In this document: positions 9,261 to 18,181 of the stretch, one piece after another | Numbering within the stretch: position 1 is the stretch's first letter | How the letters are laid out: every line of letters starts with the position of its first letter | Notes under the pieces: generated by a model | Databases searched by the model: none | Told to the model about the DNA's origin: nothing | What the model saw: only the letters and a program-made list of their open reading frames with translations | Translations under genes and position numbers: made by a program | Origin: an uncultured Clostridia bacterium | GTDB lineage: Bacteria; Bacillota; Clostridia; TANB77; CAG-465 | Reading direction: 5' to 3' | DNA: 64,000 nt | Assembly (NCBI GenBank): GCA_934149365.1 | Contig: CAKPEI010000002.1 | Coordinates: forward strand, 139,767-203,766

Positions 9261-10445
9261 TTAGCTTGAAAGAGAAGAAGTATCTTCTTGCACATTTTCT
9301 AATATTTTAGCATCGTCAATTTGTTTTAAACCTAAGTTTATGAAATAAACTATTACAAGCCAAGCAAGAACTGTCATTGTTAATTGTACTAGATAATATG
9401 GAGCTTCAATAGGCATATCCCATACACCATGTAATACAACTGGTATTAGACAAATTAATAAGAATCTTCTATCATTTATGTGTTTTTTGTCTAGCTTATC
9501 AAAGCCTTTAACGTACATTAATGCTGCACCTTCAATAGCTGCCCAAGCAACGTGCCCGCCAGGAGCTAAGAAACCACGTAATTTTATTATTTCAAGCATT
9601 GCTTGAAGACCACTATTTAAACCGAATTTTAATATATATCCAGCTGTTTCAAAAGCTGCGAAACCGGCACCAACTGCTGCACCTATTAACAAACCATCTA
9701 ATATATAGTTACTCTTTTTACTTTTGAATAAGAAAACTGCAACTATAACTGCTTTTGCCGCTTCTTCAACTAAACCAATTAGTAATGCACCCATGTAAGT
9801 TTGGGTTGTAGCGTTTGCATCGAAGTATGGGAGTGAAAAATAAAGTATTGCCAAAATCAATGATAATGCTCCACCCAGTACAAAGTATTTTATAACTTTA
9901 TAAAAAGGTATGTTCCTAAATAAATTAATTTCAAAGAAAAACATTAATACTGTTACAGGAACAGCAAAAGCAGCTAGCATAATCATTATAGGTAAAAAGT
10001 TAATGTTTCCATATGATATAAATCCAATACGTGTAGGAATATATGCAATTAGGAAAAATACTAATATTTTGAAATATACCCATGCACTAGCTTTAGTAGG
10101 ATCAATATCTTTTAGCTCAGGAGTGGTTTTTTCTGAGCCACAAGTAAATAATTCATCTAATTCTTCATCAGAATGTTTTTTTAAAGTGTTTTTAAATAAG
10201 TCTTTAAAAGTTACATAGCTTTTTGATGTTGCTCCAGTTAACCTATCTAGGTTTTCAGTAATTATATTTGTTGCATTTTTTTTATTGATAGGGTACCCGC
10301 AATCAGGGCAATTTATTTCATCACCTTTTAATTTTCTGCCACATTCTGGGCAAGTTTCTAAGTTTATTTTTACTCCACAATGTGGACAAGTTTTTGCACT
10401 TGAAGAAATACTTTCTCCACATTCTTCACATTTTATTAGTGCCAT
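9261..10445 (-). CDS. PrsW-family intramembrane protease with tandem N-terminal zinc-ribbon domains
   Basis: N-terminal CEECG..CPHCG and CPECG..CPDCG. Multi-pass membrane domain with the PrsW motifs EEAAKA (EExxK), FAAFETAGY (FxxxE) and GGHVAWAAIEGAAL (H...W). A terminator hairpin ACCCCAGAA...TTCTGGGGT + T-run lies 3' of the gene. Confidence 0.65.
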   Translation of the reverse strand: MALIKCEECGESISSSAKTCPHCGVKINLETCPECGRKLKGDEINCPDCGYPINKKNATNIITENLDRLTGATSKSYVTFKDLFKNTLKKHSDEELDELFTCGSEKTTPELKDIDPTKASAWVYFKILVFFLIAYIPTRIGFISYGNINFLPIMIMLAAFAVPVTVLMFFFEINLFRNIPFYKVIKYFVLGGALSLILAILYFSLPYFDANATTQTYMGALLIGLVEEAAKAVIVAVFLFKSKKSNYILDGLLIGAAVGAGFAAFETAGYILKFGLNSGLQAMLEIIKLRGFLAPGGHVAWAAIEGAALMYVKGFDKLDKKHINDRRFLLICLIPVVLHGVWDMPIEAPYYLVQLTMTVLAWLVIVYFINLGLKQIDDAKILENVQEDTSSLSS

Positions 10446-10446
10446 A

Positions 10447-11169
10447 TTATTTTCCTCCTTCTGTTAGGGTAGATAAGATATGTTCAGCTACGCTATTAAT
10501 TTCACTTGTGTTTGTATTTTCTTCTTTAGAACCAACCATGTATACTTTACCATTTATGAGTACAGCATATCTATTGTCAATTATTAAATGATTATTAGAA
10601 GAGTAAGAATATGCAATACCGTATACCGTTCTGTTTCCAACAACTCCAGAAAGTAAATCTATTACAATTTTAAGATCGCTACATTCTTTTTTCATGTATT
10701 CAGTAAAACTATTTAAGAATGTAGTTTCGTTATTAAAGTTATCATATCTTCCAACAATTATATATGGGATAAGAGGCCCTTGGTCATCTATATTTTGACC
10801 AACATATACATAACCTTCTTTATCAGTTGTAACCTTGTAACCATTAGGTATTTCAAAAGATATACCTAAATATGGATCGGTATATACTGAATAACCGCTG
10901 TTTGATGAAGGAGTAGTAGTTGGTGAAGAAGGATTACCAGTTCCAGTACCACCTGTATTATTGTTATTACTACTTTGACCAAACATGAAATAACATATTG
11001 CAATAATTGCAACTACTATTATTACATATTTTAAGTTCCCAGTATTTAAAGAAATTTTGTTTTTCTTTTCACCAGAAGCAGGAGCTTTTAATTCATATCC
11101 ACATTTTGGACAGCTATCTGCCTGGTCACTTATTTTGTTTTTACATTCAGGACATTCTATTAATGCCAT
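10447..11169 (-). CDS. zinc-ribbon membrane protein (N-terminal CxxC-x-CxxC ribbon, transmembrane helix, Thr/Gly/Pro/Ser-rich linker, extracytoplasmic domain)
   Basis: N-terminus MALIECPECKNKISDQADSCPKCG is paralogous to the N-terminus of the downstream PrsW-like gene (MALIKCEECGESISSSAKTCPHCG). Its stop codon is 1 nt from that gene's start codon. Confidence 0.5.
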   Translation of the reverse strand: MALIECPECKNKISDQADSCPKCGYELKAPASGEKKNKISLNTGNLKYVIIVVAIIAICYFMFGQSSNNNNTGGTGTGNPSSPTTTPSSNSGYSVYTDPYLGISFEIPNGYKVTTDKEGYVYVGQNIDDQGPLIPYIIVGRYDNFNNETTFLNSFTEYMKKECSDLKIVIDLLSGVVGNRTVYGIAYSYSSNNHLIIDNRYAVLINGKVYMVGSKEENTNTSEINSVAEHILSTLTEGGK

Positions 11170-11634
11170 AATATCACCTTCCTTTCTATAAAAATGTATA
11201 ATTAAAAAATATAAATTATTCCTAGTTTAAGTATAATATAAATATAGTATAATTCAAAACAACTTTACCAAATAGTCAGTGCCATTTTGGTAATAATGTT
11301 AAATAGGATAGAGTAGAAAAATAAAAAAATTCTGGTATCTAGCCATACCAGAATCAAAAATGGGGATTATATGAATAACTAAAGTAAAGTAGTTAGTTTT
11401 CTATCTACTTTATAAACATATTATACCTGTATAATGTGAACAGAGTATGAACAAGAAGTGATAAAAGTGTAATATTCAAAAATGTATAAAATAGTATATG
11501 AGGTTGATAACGTAGAACTAGGTTCTTCTTAATAACATATTTTGTATCTACAGTTTGATAAATTTTTATCAAATTGTAGATATTTTTTTGCAAAGTATGA
11601 TATACTAAGTTAAATTAGTTTACAAGGAGAGATT

Positions 11635-12213
11635 ATGAGGATAATATTAGCATCTAAATCACCTAGAAGAAAAGAAATACTAGGTATGATAGTTGATAAA
11701 TTTGATATAATGGTGAGTGAAGAAGATGAGATCTTAGATAATACTCTTAGCATTAAAGATCAATCTATAAAATTAGCATATGATAAGGCAAAAAACATAT
11801 TTAATAGAACAAATGGTGATAGAATCGTTATTGGCTCAGATACGATTGTGGTAGACGAAAATGATAAAATATATGGAAAGCCAAAAGATAGAGAAGATGC
11901 AATAAAAATACTAAATAGCATAAAAGGAAAAGAGCATAGAGTTTTTACTAGTTTGGCTGTTTTGGTAAGTAAAAATGGTAAAACATATGAGGAGACTGAC
12001 TGTGATATAGCTAAAGTATATATAGATAATATGACAGATGAAGAAATCGTAAAATGGGTAGATACGGGTGAAGCATATGATAAAGCCGGAGCTTATGCAG
12101 TTCAAGGAAGATTTGCAAAACATATAGAAAAAATAGATGGTAATTTTTGGACAGTTATGGGGCTTCCAATAAATAAAGTATATAATATACTAAAAAAATA
12201 TATAGAGGTTTAG
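11635..12213 (+). CDS. maf: Maf-like nucleoside triphosphate pyrophosphatase / septum formation protein
   Basis: MRIILASKSPRRKEIL...GSDTIVV...; classical Maf signature. Confidence 0.9.
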   Translation: MRIILASKSPRRKEILGMIVDKFDIMVSEEDEILDNTLSIKDQSIKLAYDKAKNIFNRTNGDRIVIGSDTIVVDENDKIYGKPKDREDAIKILNSIKGKEHRVFTSLAVLVSKNGKTYEETDCDIAKVYIDNMTDEEIVKWVDTGEAYDKAGAYAVQGRFAKHIEKIDGNFWTVMGLPINKVYNILKKYIEV

Positions 12214-12239
12214 ATTTAGAAAAAACAAAGGAGAATGAT

Positions 12240-13283
12240 ATGGAAATTGTACTAAGTGTATTTTTGATGATCGTAGGACTTGTTATGCTTGTAAAAGGAG
12301 CAGATATATTTGTTGATGCAGGTTCTAATATTGGTAGAATATTTAAGATAAGTGAAATAATAATTGGACTGACTTTTGTTTGCATAGGTACAGGTTTACC
12401 TGAACTATTACTTTCTATAACCGCTTCAGCAAATGGAAATGCTGATTTTGTAATAGGTAATATTGTAGGTACAAATATATTTAATATGTGTTGTATTATG
12501 GGAATGATTTGTATAATGAATCCTTTAAAGTTGTTAAGACAAACGGTAAGAAAAGATATGAACATGAGCCTTCTTTCAAGTGTTATACTTTTAGTTTTAC
12601 TTATGGATACATTTGGAACGGATTTAACAGATAATGTTATTTCAAGGACTGATGGTATAATTTTACTTCTTTTCTTTGCAGTGTTTATGTATTACACTTT
12701 GTATGAATTTGGAGAATATTTAAGAGATAGAAGAGAGAAAAAATATAGAGAAAGATTAGAAAAAAAGGCAAGAGGAGAAGAGGTCCCAGAAGAGAAAAAA
12801 GAAGAGCATGTGCTTACGATGAAGGATGTAAAGGCAATACTGAAAAATCTTGTTATAGGTATTATAGGTGCTGCAATGGTATACTTTGGTGCAGAAATAG
12901 TTGTTGATAATGCGGTTGTTATAGCACATCACTTTAATGTTAGCCAAACTTTTATATCTATAGCTATAATAGCTGTTGGAACTTCGCTTCCTGAAATAAC
13001 AACATCTATTGCGGCTATTAAGAAGAACAGAATTAATATTGCTATAGGAAATTTAATAGGAAGTAATATGTTTAATACTCTTTTTGTAATAGGAATGGCT
13101 GCACTTGTTAATCCTATAAAGCTTACAGAAACATCTCTACTTATAGATTGTGCTGTATTTGTAATTACTTGTTTGACATTAGTGCTATTTACAAAGAGAA
13201 AACCTGAAATATCTAGGACAGAGGGGTTAACTTTAATTAGTATATATATTGTATATATTGCCTATGTAATATTTAGAAGGTAA
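12240..13283 (+). CDS. Ca2+/Na+ antiporter (CaCA family, YrbG-like)
   Basis: Two alpha-repeats, GNIVGTNIFNM and GNLIGSNMFNT, separated by a charged loop. Confidence 0.8.
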   Translation: MEIVLSVFLMIVGLVMLVKGADIFVDAGSNIGRIFKISEIIIGLTFVCIGTGLPELLLSITASANGNADFVIGNIVGTNIFNMCCIMGMICIMNPLKLLRQTVRKDMNMSLLSSVILLVLLMDTFGTDLTDNVISRTDGIILLLFFAVFMYYTLYEFGEYLRDRREKKYRERLEKKARGEEVPEEKKEEHVLTMKDVKAILKNLVIGIIGAAMVYFGAEIVVDNAVVIAHHFNVSQTFISIAIIAVGTSLPEITTSIAAIKKNRINIAIGNLIGSNMFNTLFVIGMAALVNPIKLTETSLLIDCAVFVITCLTLVLFTKRKPEISRTEGLTLISIYIVYIAYVIFRR

Positions 13284-13310
13284 TTAGAAAATTGAAAATG
13301 GGGGAATAAT

Positions 13311-14180
13311 ATGTTTGGAAAGAGAGCTGATGGTGTAGCTATAAAAGGGCTAAATCCTTTTTATAGAATAATACCGTATATAATGAAGAAAAGAAGTGAT
13401 TCTCAAGTATTCTTTGAAGATAGAGTATATTTAGATAATATTAATGCATATATAAAAAAGAAAAAGGATGAGGGAATCAGGGTAACACATATGGACATTA
13501 TGCTTACAGCGATAGGAAGACTTTTATGTGAAAGGCCACATCTTAATAGGTTTGCTATGAATGGTAGAATATATCAAAGAAATGAGCAAGTTTTATCTTT
13601 AGCTATAAAGAAAAAGTTATTAGATGATGCGGTAGAAACCACAGTTAAATTTAAAGTCAATCCAGATGATACTGTGTTAGATGTATCTAAACAAGTAGCA
13701 ACTATCGTACAAGAAAATAAAGAGGAAAATGTTGCAAACGGAACGGACAAGCTTGCTAAAACTATAATGTCCTTTCCAAACTTTTTTATAAAAGGTGTTG
13801 TTGGAATGATAATGTGGCTAGATAAACACGGAATGTTACCTAAGAAAGTAATTGATGCATCACCTTTCCACACAAGTGCATTTTTAACCAATTTAGGCTC
13901 ATTAGGTATTAATTCTATATATCATCATATATATGATTTTGGTACAACTAGTATATTCTTTGCTATGGGAAATAAAAGATATGAAAAAGATGCTCAGGGA
14001 GATATACGAGTATATATGGACTTAAAGGTGGTAGCAGATGAAAGAATTTGTGATGGACTTTACTATGCAAGGTCATTTTTACTTTTAAGAAAATATTTGG
14101 AAAATCCAGAACTATTAGAAGAACCTTTGAGTTCAAAACATAATCAAAGCATGAAAGATGACGTCATAAGTAGTATATAG
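13311..14180 (+). CDS. 2-oxoacid dehydrogenase acyltransferase (E2) catalytic-domain-like protein, stand-alone; catalytic His replaced by Glu
   Basis: C-terminal ...MDLKVVADERICDGLYYARSFLLLRKYLENPELL aligns with the E2 catalytic motif S-x-DHR-x-IDG...LE-P..LL, but reads DER instead of DHR. Confidence 0.45.
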   Translation: MFGKRADGVAIKGLNPFYRIIPYIMKKRSDSQVFFEDRVYLDNINAYIKKKKDEGIRVTHMDIMLTAIGRLLCERPHLNRFAMNGRIYQRNEQVLSLAIKKKLLDDAVETTVKFKVNPDDTVLDVSKQVATIVQENKEENVANGTDKLAKTIMSFPNFFIKGVVGMIMWLDKHGMLPKKVIDASPFHTSAFLTNLGSLGINSIYHHIYDFGTTSIFFAMGNKRYEKDAQGDIRVYMDLKVVADERICDGLYYARSFLLLRKYLENPELLEEPLSSKHNQSMKDDVISSI

Positions 14181-14193
14181 CAAATAGTTTTTA

Positions 14194-14227
14194 AATGGTC
14201 AGTTTAAATATATTGACCATTTTTTTG
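14194..14227 (+). terminator. rho-independent terminator
   Basis: ATGGTCA...TGACCAT hairpin followed by TTTTTT. Confidence 0.5.
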
Positions 14228-14447
14228 TATTCATGTAGAAATTTTAAAATTTACTTGCATATTTGCCAAAATAATTATATAATTTATCATAGGTGTATTA
14301 GATATACACTTTGCATATAAGAGATAAACAGAAAGAAAAGATAATCAAATCAATATCAATATATAATAAATATTGCCATAATATTGGCAAATGTGTGAAT
14401 ATAATAGATGTTGAACATTGAAAATTGTATATTTATGGAGGGAATTT

Positions 14448-15998
14448 ATGTTAGTACCAATAATAGTAACATTTGCTATTACTGCGGCTATTACCTCACC
14501 TATATTCTTTAATATAGGTTCTAATCACAGAAAAAAAGTAGCAAAACAAGAATTAGATAGTGCGGAAATTCAAGCTAAAAAAGTGATAGAAGAAGCTGAA
14601 AAGGATTCAGAGAGGATAAAAAAGGACGCTGCAGTTGAAGCAAAAGCCAGTGCTTTAAAGCAAAAGGAAGAAACTGAAAGAGAAATAGCTCATAGGAAAA
14701 ATGAATTAAAAGAATCAGAAAGAAGAATTAACCAAAGACAAGATTTACTAGATAAAAGATTTAGTATAATAGAAGAAAAAGAAGATAGTCTGGTAAAAAA
14801 ACAAAAGCAGATTGAAAAATCGGAAGAATTACTTAAAGAAAAAGAAATAGAAAAGCAAAATGAACTTTTAAGAATTTCTAAAATGACAGAACAAGAAGCT
14901 AAAAAAGAGCTTATGAAAAACTTAGAAAATGATATGAAAAAAGAAATGGCTGCATATATAATAGAAAGCCAAAATAAAGCTAAATATGAAGCTGAAAAGA
15001 AAGCTAAAGTTATGGTAGCAGAGGCAATACAAAGATGCGCTACAGATCATACAGCAGAAGCAACTGTATCTGTTGTAAATCTTCCAAGTGATGATATGAA
15101 AGGCAGGATTATAGGAAGAGAAGGAAGAAATATTAAAGCAATAGAAACACTTACAGGAATAGATATCATAATAGATGATACTCCGGATGTTATTGTTTTA
15201 TCAAGTTTTGATCCTATAAGAAGAGAAGTGGCAAGAATAGCTATAGAAAGACTTATGATGGATGGTAGAATACATCCTGGAAAAATAGAAGAAATGATAG
15301 AAAAAGCTAAAGTTGAAGTTGCTAATACTATAAAAGATGAAGGAGAAAGAGCTCTTTATGAAACAGGTGTCATTAATCTTCACCCAGATTTAGTACAACT
15401 TTTAGGAAAACTTAGATATAGAACAAGTTATGGACAAAACGTATTAAATCATTCAATTGAAGTTTCTCATATTGCAGGGCTTTTAGCATCAGAATTAGGC
15501 CTTGACGTACCTTTTGTAAAGAGAGCAGGATTACTTCATGATATAGGTAAATCTGTTGACCATGAAGCAGAAGGAACTCACGTTGAGTTAGGTGTAGAAA
15601 TACTTAAAAAGTATAAAGAAGACCCTAAAGTTATTAATGCTGTTGCAGCACATCATGGAGATTGTGAACCAGAAACATTAGAAGCTATTTTAGTTCAGGC
15701 AGCTGATACAGTTTCTGCTGCAAGACCAGGTGCAAGAAAAGAAACAGTTAGTACATATATTAAACGTCTTCAAAAACTTGAAGAAATATGTAATAGCTAT
15801 AAAGGTGTAGATAAATCATATGCAATTCAAGCCGGACGTGAGGTTAGAATTATAGTTAAACCAGAAGAAATTGATGATGCAGGTGCTGTTATAATGGCAA
15901 GAAATATAGCAAATCAAATTGAAAAAGAAATGAATTATCCAGGTCAGGTAAAAGTTAATGTTATAAGGGAAACAAGAGCAATAGAAACAGCAAAATAA
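14448..15998 (+). CDS. rny: ribonuclease Y
   Basis: N-terminal transmembrane helix, coiled-coil, KH domain ([13 protein letters not shown]), HD domain ([13 protein letters not shown]...LLHDIGK). ATG 14448 with GGAGGG site is preferred over the TTG at 14418 in the ORF track. Confidence 0.9.
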   Translation: MLVPIIVTFAITAAITSPIFFNIGSNHRKKVAKQELDSAEIQAKKVIEEAEKDSERIKKDAAVEAKASALKQKEETEREIAHRKNELKESERRINQRQDLLDKRFSIIEEKEDSLVKKQKQIEKSEELLKEKEIEKQNELLRISKMTEQEAKKELMKNLENDMKKEMAAYIIESQNKAKYEAEKKAKVMVAEAIQRCATDHTAEATVSVVNLPSDDMKGRIIGREGRNIKAIETLTGIDIIIDDTPDVIVLSSFDPIRREVARIAIERLMMDGRIHPGKIEEMIEKAKVEVANTIKDEGERALYETGVINLHPDLVQLLGKLRYRTSYGQNVLNHSIEVSHIAGLLASELGLDVPFVKRAGLLHDIGKSVDHEAEGTHVELGVEILKKYKEDPKVINAVAAHHGDCEPETLEAILVQAADTVSAARPGARKETVSTYIKRLQKLEEICNSYKGVDKSYAIQAGREVRIIVKPEEIDDAGAVIMARNIANQIEKEMNYPGQVKVNVIRETRAIETAK

Positions 15999-16058
15999 TA
16001 GGAGATATAAGGGCGGATGGTAAATCTGCTCTTTTGTTTAGATAGAGGTGAATTTAAA

Positions 16059-16847
16059 GTGAAATTTTTGGTTATAGGAGACGTGGTTGGAAGAAGTGGG
16101 CTTAATGTGATAAAGAATAACATAGACCAAATAATAAAAAATGAAAGTATTGATTACATCATAATAAATGGTGAAAATTCAGCTAGTGGTAGAGGTATTA
16201 AAGAGAAAGAAATGAAAGAAATATTTTCGTTCGGAGCTAATGTTATCACAATGGGAAATCATTTGTATTATAGAAAAGAGGCCAAAGCATTATATCAGAA
16301 TGTTGTTAAACTTCTTATACCTGCAAATGTAACAAATCTAGTGGGTCATGGCGTTAATGTGCAAGAAAAGAATGATAAAAAAATTGCTGTTATAAATCTA
16401 CTTGGAAAAGTAGGAATGGGAGAACTTAACCAGGAAAATATTTCAGACCCATTTGCAAAAGCAAGGGAAATAGTAAATGATTTAAAGAAACAAAATGTAG
16501 ATTATATATTTGTTGATTTTCATGCAGAAGCAACTGCAGAAAAAATAGCAATGAGCTATTTCTTAGAAAATGATGTTACCTGCGTTTTTGGGACACATAC
16601 TCATGTTCAAACATCTGACGAGGCTGTATATGATTCTGGACTTGCATATATAACAGATGTGGGAATGTGTGGACCAAGACATAGTGTGCTGGGATTAAAG
16701 AAAGAAATAGCCGTAGCAAGATTTGTTACTGGAGAGAAAATAAAGTATGAATGTAGTGATAATCCTGGAATATTTAGAAGTATAATTGTAGAAACTGATG
16801 ATAATACAAATAGAGCAATAAGTATTAAAAGATATAATATAGGGTAA
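16059..16847 (+). CDS. ymdB: YmdB-family metallophosphoesterase (2',3'-cyclic-nucleotide phosphodiesterase)
   Basis: VKFLVIGDVVGRSGL..., GNH, DFHAEATAEK and GTHTHVQTSDE motifs of the TIGR00282 family. Likely GTG start at 16059 after AGAGGTG; the ORF track begins at 16017. Confidence 0.8.
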   Translation: MKFLVIGDVVGRSGLNVIKNNIDQIIKNESIDYIIINGENSASGRGIKEKEMKEIFSFGANVITMGNHLYYRKEAKALYQNVVKLLIPANVTNLVGHGVNVQEKNDKKIAVINLLGKVGMGELNQENISDPFAKAREIVNDLKKQNVDYIFVDFHAEATAEKIAMSYFLENDVTCVFGTHTHVQTSDEAVYDSGLAYITDVGMCGPRHSVLGLKKEIAVARFVTGEKIKYECSDNPGIFRSIIVETDDNTNRAISIKRYNIG

Positions 16848-16871
16848 ATATAACAAAAATCAAGTTAGCCC

Positions 16872-16900
16872 TTGCATATTTTTTTAATATTAAGTATAAT
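16872..16900 (+). promoter_or_regulatory. sigma-A-type promoter upstream of spoVS (TTGCAT-N17-TATAAT)
   Basis: TTGCAT, an exact 17-nt spacer, TATAAT, about 45 nt upstream of the spoVS ATG. Confidence 0.45.
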
Positions 16901-16944
16901 GCTTGTAGAGTTAAAAGCTCAAGTGTACATAAGAGGAGGAAAAA

Positions 16945-17214
16945 ATGGAAATATTAAAGATATCAGCAAAGTCTAGTCCAAATGGAGTAGCAGGAGCAAT
17001 AGCAGGTTTAGTAAAGGAAAATGGAAAAGTAGAAATGCAAGCAATAGGCGCAGGAGCAATAAATCAAGCAATTAAAGCAGTAGCAATAGCAAGAGGGTTT
17101 GTAGCACCATCAGGTGTTGAGCTTACATGTACACCATCATTTACAGAAGTTACGATAGATAATGAAGAAAAAACTGGAATTAGATTTACAGTAGAACCCA
17201 AAAATCAGTTATAA
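16945..17214 (+). CDS. spoVS: stage V sporulation protein S
   Basis: 89 aa, near-identical to the SpoVS family (MEILKISAKSSPNGVAGAIAG...AIGAGAINQAIKAVAIARGF). Conserved rny-ymdB-spoVS gene order. Confidence 0.9.
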   Translation: MEILKISAKSSPNGVAGAIAGLVKENGKVEMQAIGAGAINQAIKAVAIARGFVAPSGVELTCTPSFTEVTIDNEEKTGIRFTVEPKNQL

Positions 17215-17230
17215 TATAGATAAATAAGGA

Positions 17231-17259
17231 AAACGCAAGCCATTTGGCTTGCGTTTTTT
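17231..17259. terminator. bidirectional terminator between spoVS (+) and a convergent gene (-)
   Basis: AACGCAAGCC-ATTT-GGCTTGCGTT followed by TTTTTT. Confidence 0.6.
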
Positions 17260-17260
17260 C

Positions 17261-17734
17261 TCAATTAAACAGTTTGGAAATCTCAGCAGGTGTAAGTGCT
17301 ATTTGAACTTTTTCAAATTCTTTTATAAATTTGATTTTTTCTTCAATACTTAAGGTATTGAAAAGTTGCATGCAGTCTGCGTGAGTGGGTTCCGGTAAAA
17401 TTTTTGCTGTTGTTGTCATGTTATTACTCCTTTTTAATTTAATTTGTGTTTCTGACATCGGTATTTTTAGAAGAGAGCACCAGCTTAAAAACTCGTCAGA
17501 AGATGCAGAAATATATCTGTTCTCTTTGAAATAATTTGATTTAAATTCAAAGAAATCAGGATTATTATCTTCAACCATTTTTTGCAGGGTGTCAAACTCC
17601 ATTTTTAACCGTGTTGCAGCATTTTTCAGCATCATGTATAAGAATGTGTCGATATCTTCTATGGATATATAACCATTTCTTGAGAAATTTGACACATTTT
17701 TAAACTCTTCTGCTGTAACAAAGGTAAATTTCAA
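17261..17734 (-). CDS. hypothetical protein (157 aa)
   Basis: ORF with coding-like composition, convergent with spoVS; no recognisable motif. Confidence 0.4.
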   Translation of the reverse strand: MKFTFVTAEEFKNVSNFSRNGYISIEDIDTFLYMMLKNAATRLKMEFDTLQKMVEDNNPDFFEFKSNYFKENRYISASSDEFLSWCSLLKIPMSETQIKLKRSNNMTTTAKILPEPTHADCMQLFNTLSIEEKIKFIKEFEKVQIALTPAEISKLFN

Positions 17735-17897
17735 ATCTTTTTCACTTCCTTAAAATAATTATTTAAAAACTAAAAGTATCAATATATATATTTTACCACA
17801 AAGTTATGTAAAATGCAATAAAGCGTATTGTAGTAAATAAGCAATAAGCCATATATGTAATATACATATGTAAGCTCTGAAAACAATATTAAAGTAG

Positions 17898-17926
17898 TTG
17901 AAAAAAGTTTTTAGATATAGTAGAAT
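17898..17926 (+). promoter_or_regulatory. promoter of leader L1 (TTGAAA-N17-TAGAAT)
   Basis: Consensus-like -35 and -10 hexamers with a 17-nt spacer, about 40 nt upstream of the leader ORF's ATG. The three paralogous leaders carry the same architecture. Confidence 0.45.
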
Positions 17927-17967
17927 AAATGCGTAGAGTTTTAACATAGAAAGAAGAGGTGAAATAT

Positions 17968-18048
<81 letters not shown>

Positions 18049-18109
18049 AAATGAAGCTACAAAAGTAGCTGTATTTGGCGTGCAAGAAATATATATGAAA
18101 AATATAGAA

Positions 18110-18147
18110 GTTAGTTATGTATAAAAAAGTACATAGCTAACTTTTTT
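18110..18147 (+). terminator. intrinsic terminator/attenuator of leader L1 (12-bp stem + TTTTTT), 34 nt upstream of the gene's ATG
   Basis: GTTAGTTATGTA-taaaaaag-TACATAGCTAAC followed by TTTTTTCTGC. There is no room for another promoter before ATG 18182. Confidence 0.6.
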
Positions 18148-18181
18148 CTGCTCAAAATAAAAGAAGGGAGAAAAGTAGTAA

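Noticed and set aside
14418-14447. TTG start at 14418 for rny (ORF track) and ATG 16017 for ymdB
   Set aside because: The extensions would place non-conserved residues before the conserved transmembrane and catalytic starts and would overlap the evident ribosome-binding sites. I prefer ATG 14448 and GTG 16059.
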